From the NCBI RefSeq assembly GCF_006345805.1, contig NW_021828378.1:1-8640 (forward strand): 8,640 nucleotides of DNA, given 5' to 3'. Positions 1 to 6,706 of this stretch are shown here, one piece after another. Both the position numbers and the translations under genes were made by a program. Each line of letters begins with the position of its first letter. Position 1 is the stretch's first letter. This DNA is from Octopus sinensis. Taxonomy: Eukaryota. The notes beneath the pieces are model-generated. The model was given only the letters and a program-made list of their open reading frames with translations, made no database searches and was not told where the DNA came from.

Positions 1-47
1 AATTTCAATAGGGTGTATGCGTAATGCTTGCACGCAGAAAATATGTC

Positions 48-200
48 TGCCTGCTTCCGTATAGTTTCCTTCAACCAAATTCACTCGTAAAACAATATGG
101 TAGCTAAAGACACTTCCTCAAGCTGCCACGCAGTGGAATTGAACACGAGACCGCGTAGTTGCGAAACGAATTCTTCACCAAAAGCAACCACGCCTGCGCT
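48..200 (-). mobile_element. Degenerate 5' half (tRNA-like head and start of body) of a SINE, same family as the copy at 6707-7101
   Basis: Minus strand has a Pol III B-box GTTCAATTCC (135-144). The plus-strand text gcttcc..tagtttcc..ccaaattcactc..gacacttcctcaagctgccacgcagtggaattgaac..cctgcgct aligns by eye with 6940-7101 (gcttccacatagttttcgtctcccagaatcagtcac..gacacttctgcaaaatgccgcgcaacgagagcgaacc..catgcgcct). Confidence 0.7.
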
Positions 201-206
201 AGTGCA

Positions 207-247
207 TGTGTGTGTGTATGTGTGTGCGTATGTGAATGTGTGTGTGT
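207..247. repeat. (TG)n/(TGTA) microsatellite
   Basis: Read directly from the sequence. Confidence 0.95.
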
Positions 248-565
248 TTCTGCCATGAGTATATATAGGCATTTGAATCAAAGGAATAAGGAATGGTAAA
301 AACTTTTCTTACGGAGAGAATCTAAAACTTTTGCGAAAACAACAACAAAAGCAATAAGAATTACAGCAGCGTTTAAAAAAAAACATCAAAATTATATATT
401 GCTGTTGTATTTATTATAAAAAATGTCTTTTATTGTAAAATTGATAAAATTACTTAATTCTGCATAATTTTAGTGGAGGAATAAGAACTTATTACAATTA
501 GAAGTTTTCTTTGCATTTTAACGGAATTGCTTCCACTTAGGTTTAAAAATGGATTCCCTACCAGG

Positions 566-755
566 CATATATATATATATAAATGTGTGTGTTGTCTATA
601 CATATATACACATGTATATATTCATTTATGAATATATATATATATTTTATATATACACACATACATGCATATATATATATATATATATATTATATTATAT
701 ATATATATATAATATAATATATATATATATCTGTATGCGCATATATATATATATT
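566..755. repeat. Imperfect (TA)n microsatellite with TG/CA interruptions
   Basis: Read directly. It produces the spurious YIYI ORF 549..758. Confidence 0.95.
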
Positions 756-963
756 TAGAAGAATGAGGTAGTTGTCAGGGTTTTGGATAAAAATTATGTA
801 TTTATTTGGCGATTTCATCTCTTTTGAGAGATTCTTCGTGGATGGTGTATTTATAGAAAATTCATAGCCTTTATACAAACGGTGAGTTAATCGAAAAAAA
901 ATCTGGAGATGAATTGGAAGAGGATGTTTTGGGAATGGGTGAGACGGTCTTTTACATTTTGAA

Positions 964-1048
964 TCTATGTGAGTGTATATAAATATGTGCGTGTATAAAT
1001 ATATGTATATATGTGTGTGAGTAATGGATGGCGTATTAAATTTATATA

Positions 1049-1087
<39 letters not shown>

Positions 1088-1088
1088 G
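964..1088. repeat. Imperfect (TA)n/(TG)n microsatellite with a pure (AT)13 at 1054-1079
   Basis: Read directly from the sequence. Confidence 0.9.
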
Positions 1089-1299
1089 AAAAGGAGTTAA
1101 GAGTCCATAGGAATAAAAAATTGTGGTTAAAAAGCAAATAAAGTTGGAAAAGGCACAGAAGTATATTCTAGAGAATTTTAATGGTTTTGTTACAGTGAGT
1201 GTTTAAAATATAACAGTTTTCGATGAAACCATATTATCAAATATTAAAAAGAATACTTTGGAAGTCAAATTGGGGTTCAATTTTGTACTCATATTTTAG

Positions 1300-1300
<1 letters not shown>

Positions 1301-1338
<38 letters not shown>
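1301..1338. repeat. Pure (TA)19 microsatellite
   Basis: Read directly from the sequence. Confidence 0.97.
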
Positions 1339-1341
<3 letters not shown>

Positions 1342-1346
1342 ATACG

Positions 1347-1460
1347 GGTGTATTAGATAATGCATTACTAGATTTACTAAAGACAGGATGCTCACGGTTG
1401 GAATACTTTTCATGGGAGTTCAACTCGTTTATGGATGGCCTGAGGTTAATAATACAACAC
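1347..1460 (+). mobile_element. Old degenerate SINE-like 3' end, copy A, with a decayed AAC tail
   Basis: Weak internal similarity to 1557-1670 (aagacaggatg..ggaatacttttcatgg..gcctgaggttaataatacaacac versus aagacgtgtt..ggaatgcattttatcatag..gcctagggatgaacatcaacgacaa). It also resembles an Octopus SINE 3' end I recall (unverified). Confidence 0.4.
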
Positions 1461-1556
1461 CCATCTAATGAAAAAAGTTCATGTGGTAGATAAACTTGTC
1501 TTAAATAGGAGCTAAATCTCCGTCAAATTTCGTTCTATCTTTAAAAAATGGGTATC

Positions 1557-1670
1557 GAATGATGTGGTCAAAGTATGTCTGAAAATAAGACGTGTTCTTC
1601 AAAACAAGGAATGCATTTTATCATAGTTCTGCCAGGTCATTGTCAGCCTAGGGATGAACATCAACGACAA
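1557..1670 (+). mobile_element. Old degenerate SINE-like 3' end, copy B; its AAC-like tail is the insertion site of the SINE at 1671
   Basis: Weak direct-repeat similarity to 1347-1460. It ends in aacatcaacgacaa. Confidence 0.4.
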
Positions 1671-2041
1671 GTGGAGGCGCAATGGCCCAGTGGTTAGGGC
1701 AGCGGACTCGTAGTCGGAGGATCGCGGTTTCGATTCCCAGACCGGGCGTTGTGTGTGTTTATTGAGCGAAAACACCTAAAGCTCCACGATGCTCCAGCAG
1801 GGGTGGTGGTGACCCCTGTTGTACTCTTTCGCCCCAACTTTCTTTCACTCTTTCTTCCTGTTTCTTGTCCCCGACTTCCTACGCAACCGCTGAGCCTAGT
1901 TGCGCATTCATCCATCCGTCGATGCTCTCTGTATCGGGGTCTTACGAATAGCAAAGGACCACGTTTCGGACTTCTCCCACTACAGAAGCGCGATCTTGCG
2001 AGCTCTGGGACGAAGACCGCTTCGCTCAACAAACAAACAAA
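1671..2041 (+). mobile_element. Full-length, relatively young tRNA-derived SINE (about 370 bp) with an (AAAC)n tail and a 9-bp target-site duplication
   Basis: A-box TGGCCCAGTGG (1683-1693) and B-box-like GGTTTCGATTCC (1726-1737) at tRNA-like spacing. GC-rich body with hairpins CAGCAGGGG/CCCCTGTTG (1795-1821) and CGCAAC/GTTGCG (1882-1904). Tail aacaaacaaacaaa (2028-2041). CAACGACAA flanks it at 1662-1670 and 2042-2050. Confidence 0.88.
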
Positions 2042-2207
2042 CAACGACAACGATGACAAGAGCAAGAATAACAGCATCCTGACTGATGACAACGACGCTG
2101 ACAACGTTAATGACAACAACGCAATAACGAAAACAACAACAAAATCAACGATAAATATAACAGCAACAACAGCAGCGATTACAACAATATCGATTACAAC
2201 GATATCG
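2028..2207 (+). repeat. Degenerate (AAC/GAC/AAT)n low-complexity tract ending in a 15-bp tandem duplication CGATTACAAC(A/G)ATAT (2176-2205)
   Basis: Read directly. It accounts for the low-complexity ends of ORFs 1694..2257 and 1749..2216. Confidence 0.85.
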
Positions 2208-2696
2208 CGTATTTGACAGACTAGATAACTGTCTACAGCTGCAAAACAGTGAGACAAATTTGAAGAGAACTAACAAGACAGACAATATGGACAGAATCTA
2301 GTAGACAGGACCCTAATGTAATGCTTTGTTATTTGTTTATTTTCAACTTAAGTTTAGGGGCCAGGTCCTAAAGAAAATATCGACCAATGCAGAAAGCATT
2401 AAGTAAAGTATTCTCTATCCTCTCACTGTACATGCGCCTTTCTTTATTCTCCCATCCACTTTTGTAATTGTTGTTGTTTTTTGTTACTAATGTGATCGCA
2501 GTTGTTGGTTTCGTCGATGCCACGATCTCCTTTTCCTTTTTGCCATCCTTGTTGTTATTGTTGTTGTTTTCATTAGGGGCTGCCTTTATTAAACGTATTA
2601 AGTTCGATGCACCAAACACTCGGCCCTTGAGTTAGAGTCACTTAAGTAACATTACATGCGAATTATCAATCCATTCATCCGTCCGTTCAGATATCC

Positions 2697-2706
2697 ATTA
2701 TTATTA

Positions 2707-2758
<52 letters not shown>

Positions 2759-2797
2759 CATTATTATTGCTGTTGTTGTTGTTGTTGTTGTTGTTGT
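2697..2797 (-). repeat. Compound (AAC)n then (AAT)n microsatellite (minus-strand reading): 3' tail and/or target array of the R4-like element
   Basis: Plus strand reads (ATT)n at 2697-2768 then (GTT)n at about 2770-2797, directly abutting the element's 3' UTR. Confidence 0.95.
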
Positions 2798-3618
2798 CTT
2801 TGCACAGCTTCTATCGCCGGAGATGTACTACGGTGCCAGCTGTTCCCTACCAGTGAACTAAGGTAGCACCCTTTATTTTTTGAGCTTCATCCGGAGTAAT
2901 CGAGCGGTTCCAAGCAGTGCTGTTTTCTGCAAGTGCTCCAACTTTCTTGCAGCCCCCTATTTGTTCCATGTACTTCTCGAGATTTTTACTCACTGTTCCC
3001 AGAGCTCCAGCAATTATTGGTACTACTACCACCTTTTTCATCGACCACAACTGTTTAACCTCCCAAGCTAACCAGTCATCTATCTTTCTTTCCACAAATT
3101 TTGCACTTATCACTATTTACTGTGTTGTCTATTCTGTATTTGATGTATTTGCTTCTTAATGCTTGCTCTAGGACAGCACAGATCAAAGCCTCCGTTTCCG
3201 GTTTTAAATCACTTTTAGTCATCCATAGCCATCTTTTTGCTCTGTCTGTCTTATCTTCAACATCCCTATGAAATTATCCATGCATTCTTTTCTTTATCCA
3301 CCTATTTTCAGTTTCATTCATTCCCAAGTGCTTGTACAGTGCTTTATCTTTGCCATCTTCCATCCTACACAAGCCTGACCGTCCTACTTCAAATAATAGC
3401 GGTTCTGTAGCATTTTTTTACATACCATGCTATGTTGTTTTCTGCTGCTCTAATGCTGTGTTCGCATCCAATAAGTCCTCTTCCCCTTCTTTTTTTTGGT
3501 ATATACAGTCTGTAGCCCAACTTTTATACCCAGACAAAACAATGTACATGATAACACTTCCAATCAGTTAAGATCAGAAATCACGAGAGCCACTGCCTGG
3601 TACTGCATCAGGGCATTT
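2798..3618 (-). mobile_element. Defective non-LTR retrotransposon of the RLE type (R4/Dong/Rex6-like): about 107-nt non-ORF 5' segment, 3' part of the ORF, and about 75-nt 3' UTR
   Basis: Recognisable R4-type protein motifs at 2873-3511, a short 3' UTR with the hairpin CTACC/GGTAG (2847-2866), a simple-repeat tail, and (AAT)n arrays on both sides. Inclusion of 3512-3618 in the same element is inferred. Confidence 0.85.
2873..3511 (-). pseudogene. Disrupted C-terminal part of an R4-clade reverse transcriptase/restriction-like endonuclease ORF
   Basis: Manual translation: RLYIPKKRRGRGLIGCEHSIRAAENNIAWYVK [frameshift in T7 run 3413-3419] NATEPLLFEVGRSGLCRMEDGKDKALYKHLGMNETENRWIKKRMHG*FHRDVEDKTDRAKRWLWMTKSDLKPETEALICAVLEQALRSKYIKYRIDNTVNSDKCKICGKK [deletion near 3080-3092] KIDDWLAWEVKQLWSMKKVVVVPIIAGALGTVSKNLEKYMEQIG [frameshift in C5 run 2953-2957] AARKLEHLQKTALLGTARLLRMKLKK* (stop 2873-2875). 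RLYxPxxxGGRGL, W..K.MHG, LK.ETE.LI.A..EQAL, CxxC, V.PI..GALG and LQK..LLGTAR are characteristic of R2/R4-type RLE element C-termini. Track ORF 2847..3113 captures only part of this. Confidence 0.9.
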
Positions 3619-3622
3619 ATTA

Positions 3623-3716
<94 letters not shown>

Positions 3717-3757
3717 CATTATTATTATTATTATTATTATTATCATTATTATTATTA
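3618..3757 (-). repeat. (AAT)n microsatellite of about 46 units with a few ATC variants (plus-strand reading), between two retroelement ends
   Basis: Read directly. It produces the poly-I and poly-N ORFs. Confidence 0.97.
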
Positions 3758-3897
3758 GCGACTGATAATGTAGCGCTTTCCATCAATGTGACACAAATAT
3801 ACGAAGCCCAGTATATTCATCATGTCTACCCGTCTGATAAGGGTACACCAGGCACATGCATAGAACCATTTGTGCGCGACATGGTGATAGTAGAAAC
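3758..3897 (-). mobile_element. Structured 3' end (about 140 bp) of a second, 5'-truncated retroelement whose tail is the (AAT)n array
   Basis: An island of complex sequence between microsatellites, with three consecutive hairpins: AATATAC/GTATATT (3796-3817), TACCC/GGGTA (3827-3845) and ACCAT/ATGGT (3865-3885). On the minus strand it runs straight into (AAT)n. It resembles the 3' end of an Octopus interspersed repeat I recall (unverified). Confidence 0.6.
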
Positions 3898-4304
3898 ATC
3901 CTCATCATCATCATCATCATCATCATCACCATCACCATCACCATCACCATCACTTTCTTTTCCGCCTCCTCTTCCTTTTCCTTCTTTCCTCTTTCCTCCT
4001 CCTGCTCCTCTTCCTCCTCCTCCCCCTCCTTGCTCTCCTTCTTCTCATCGTTGTCATTGCCGATGTTATCCATGTTGTTCTTCTTCACCTTATTGTCATT
4101 GTTTCTGCTGTTATTGCTGATGCAGTCCTTATTGATATTCTTCTTCTTCTTCTTCTTCTTGTCGTCATCGTTTACGCAATTACAGCAACTTTTGTTGTTG
4201 TTGTTGTTGCTTGAAATTGCTTTCGTTGTTATTTTTGTTATATTCATTGCCATTATTGTTGTTGTTTTTGCAGTCCTTGCTATAATTGTCTTGTTGTTGT
4301 TGAT

Positions 4305-4340
<36 letters not shown>

Positions 4341-4422
4341 TTAGTAGTAGTGTTAGTAGTAGTAGTAGTAGTAGTAGTATAGTAGTAGTGGTGGTAGTAG
4401 TTGTTGTTGTTGTTGTTGTTGT
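3898..4422. repeat. Compound microsatellite block: (TCA)n, (CACCAT)n, (TCC)n, degenerate TTG/TCA, (TTC)n, (TTG)n, (GTA)n at 4305-4400, and (GTT)n
   Basis: Read directly. It explains ORFs 3783..4253, 3788..4120 and 3856..4308. Confidence 0.95.
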
Positions 4423-4514
4423 AGAGAATCAGGTTGATAATGGAGCCTAATGGTCCAAAATATCAATAATACCAATGACAGGGTTGTTGTTTAGAAATTA
4501 AGTGACGTCTGAGA

Positions 4515-4598
4515 GGAGTGGAGTGGAGCGGAGCGGAGTGGAGTGGAGTGGAGTTGAGTGGAGTGGAGTGGAGCGGAGTGGAGTGGAGTGGAGTGGAG
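4515..4598 (+). repeat. Pentanucleotide repeat (GGAGT)n with GGAGC variants, about 17 units
   Basis: Read directly from the sequence. Confidence 0.95.
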
Positions 4599-4607
4599 GC
4601 CTAATGG

Positions 4608-4925
4608 ATGGATGGGAGGCGTAGAGAGAGAGAGAGGAGAAGCAAGGAGAGGATAGCATAGATAAGTATTTAGAGAGGAGGAGAGGAAAAGAAAGAAAGA
4701 ATGGAAGGAAGAAGGAAGAAAAGAAAGGAAGAAAAGAAGGGGAGAAAGAAAGAAAAGAGAAAAAGTGAATGAGTGAACGAAAGAACGAAAAAAACAAAAA
4801 ACAAAGGAAGGAAAGGGAGGAAGGGAGAAAGATGGGAAGAAATAAATAAGTAAAGAAAGAAAGAATGAATGAATGAAAGAAGGAAGAAAGAACGAAAGAA
4901 GAAAGAACGAAAGAAGCAAAGAATA
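4608..4925 (+). repeat. Polypurine low-complexity tract (GA, GAAA, GGAA and GAAT units)
   Basis: Read directly. It gives the F/L/S-rich minus-strand ORFs. Confidence 0.9.
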
Positions 4926-5024
4926 TGTTGTTACACAAGTAAGGCTAGATGTGAAAAGGAAGGAGAGTTGGATATATACACATATATAAAGAAAGAGAAA
5001 GGAGAAGCAGGAGTAGCAAGAGGA

Positions 5025-5089
5025 GGAGGAGCAGGAGGAGCAGAGGAGCAGGAGGAGCAGGAGGAGCAGGAGGAGCAGAGGGAGCAGGA
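5025..5089 (+). repeat. 9-bp tandem repeat (GGAGGAGCA), about 7 units
   Basis: Read directly from the sequence. Confidence 0.9.
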
Positions 5090-5091
5090 TA

Positions 5092-5113
5092 GTGTGTGCG
5101 TATGTGTGTGTGC

Positions 5114-5145
<32 letters not shown>

Positions 5146-5165
5146 GTGTGTGTATGTGTGTGAGT
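5092..5165. repeat. (TG)n/(TATGTG)n microsatellite
   Basis: Read directly from the sequence. Confidence 0.93.
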
Positions 5166-5454
5166 GTACGTATGGAGATATAGTGAGTGAGCAAATAAGA
5201 GCGAATGTGTAAAATGAGTGAGAGATGTTGATAAAGAGGGAGAAAGGAATGAGAGAGAGAGAGACTATATCTTGCTAACATGTACCATGCTTTCGCAGAT
5301 TGTTTCAGGTGCCCGTGTAGTCATGATCGATCTGTTATAGACGTCTCCTCGGCCGCTTAACCATGGCTCAGCGTAACATCGAGGATGTGACATCTGGAGG
5401 AAGAGGGAGGGGTGATGATCCAGTACTTCAGCGATAATCCCTTTCTGCTCAATA

Positions 5455-5582
5455 GACGAGTGAGCAATATGTGAAACGGAGAGCCTTACTCAAGGACTCA
5501 ACGCATCACCCACTCCAGAAATTGAACCTGTGACCTGAGAATCTTGAATCTCTCATTATTCAAAACTACTTAAACACGTGTT
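5455..5582 (-). mobile_element. Degenerate tRNA-derived SINE head, related to the head of the 1671 SINE; the body may extend leftward toward about 5300
   Basis: Minus strand reads caggttcaatttctggagtgggtgatgcgttgagtccttgagtaaggc..tttcacatattgctc. It has a B-box-like GGTTCAATTTC (5518-5528) and aligns by eye with 1724-1795 (cggtttcgattcccagaccgggcgttgtgtgtgtttattgagcgaaaac..ctccacgatgctcc). Confidence 0.6.
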
Positions 5583-5624
5583 TTTCTGAGAAAGAATAAG
5601 CGTAGAGAGATAAATACTGTGATT

Positions 5625-5855
5625 GTTTCTTCTCTCTTCCTCCCTCTCTCTCTCTGTCTCTCTTTCTCTCTTTCTCTCTTTCTCTCTCTTTCTGTCTATC
5701 TGTCTGTCTCTCTCTCTCTCTCTGTTTCTGTCTCTTCCTCTCGCTATACTTCTCTCTTTTTCACTCCCACTCTCTCTTTATCTCTGTTTCTCTCTATTTC
5801 TGACAATCTCTGTCTTTCCTTCCTTCTCTCTCTCTCTCTCTCTCACTCTCTTTCT
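5625..5855 (+). repeat. Imperfect (CT)n/(CTGT)n polypyrimidine tract
   Basis: Read directly. It produces the SLSL and RERE ORFs. Confidence 0.93.
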
Positions 5856-6198
5856 ACAGAATGTTCCCTTCTCCAAGAATAGTGAAAAATTGAAACCTCT
5901 TTTCACAAAAAGAAAAAAACATACTTCTAGAACAGTCCATGGATGGTCTCTTCTACATCTGTGGAATGTCCACATGGAACATAAATGACAAAAAGAAAAA
6001 GTATTTCATTGTATTTCTAACCGAAGTTCCCTTAATTTTAGAGGCACACAAAAGAAATCGAAAAACTGTGCCAGTTTAGCGAAATTCATGAAGTAACCAC
6101 GACCAACCCAACGTTACTCATGAGCTGAGAAAACGTATGGAGAGTCTTCCGATGTTACCTTTTATCGTTGTGGACGATGTTTTATTTTTGTTTTTTTA

Positions 6199-6660
6199 AT
6201 CTTTTACTTGTCACAATCATTAGACGGCGGTCATGCTGGAGCACCGCCTTGAATTTTTAGTCGAATGAACCGACCCCAGCATTTATTTGTTTATTGTTTT
6301 TAAAGCTTAGTACTTAATCTATCGGTCTATTTTACCAACCCGCCAAGTTACGGGAAAGAGAGAGAGAGAGAGAGAAAGAAGAAACACCGGTTGCCAAGCG
6401 GTGGTGGGTGGGACAAACACAGACAGAAAGGACACACACACATACGCACACATAAATACACACACATAAACACTCACACACATACATAAACACACACGCA
6501 TAAACACATGCACACACAAACACACATAAATACAGACACACTCACACACACACATAAACGCATGCACACTCACACACACATAAACACATATACACACTCA
6601 TACACACACATAAAAACACGCACACACACTGACACACACACATAAATACGCGCGCGCGCA
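6199..6660 (-). mobile_element. 3' half of a SINE (copy 1) with internal (GA)n and a greatly expanded (CA)-rich tract; the head is missing
   Basis: Collinear with 6707-6935, sharing atcttttacttg, ttagtcgaa..cga.c.cagca, ttttaaag..gtactta.tctatc.gt, gttacggga and ccggttgccaag.ggtgg. A 3' stem-loop GGCGGT/ACCGCC lies at 6226-6248. Confidence 0.8.
6420..6660. repeat. Degenerate (CA)n/(CATA)n tract ending in (CG)5 at 6649-6658
   Basis: Read directly from the sequence. Confidence 0.93.
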
Positions 6661-6706
6661 TCATGTGAGTTACAATATACGAAATTACTCCTTAGAATTG
6701 CCATTT

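Noticed and set aside
829-887. Consensus splice donor ACG|GTGAGT at 881/882 with a possible micro-exon (ILRGWCIYRKFIAFIQT)
   Set aside because: The upstream acceptors are weak and the peptide is unrecognisable. Isolated donor matches are expected by chance.
1339-1360. TA followed by CGGGTG.., resembling the start of a Tc1/mariner terminal inverted repeat
   Set aside because: I found no matching inverted copy and no transposase remnant. The region is better explained as a decayed SINE 3' end.
1673-1750. Possible tRNA gene (A and B boxes present)
   Set aside because: The acceptor and T stems do not pair, there is no poly-T terminator, and the sequence continues into a 300-nt body with a tail and target-site duplication. 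It is a SINE head.
3560-3618. Possible self-cleaving ribozyme at the element 5' end (minus strand CCCTGATGC..)
   Set aside because: The hammerhead core needs CUGAUGA plus a downstream GAAA closing stem II, and neither is present. I could not build an HDV-like pseudoknot by eye. An Infernal search would settle it.
4445-4607. 9-bp direct repeat GCCTAATGG (4445-4453 and 4599-4607) around the GGAGT array; it also resembles a tRNA-Arg D-arm
   Set aside because: There are no element termini or B-box between or after the copies. A 9-mer match at this distance is plausible by chance.
5840-5988. Acceptor-like ..ctttctacag after the CT tract, followed by a 42-codon frame (NVPFSKNSEK..MEHK*)
   Set aside because: The pyrimidine tract is a microsatellite, the frame is short, and no homology or donor supports it.
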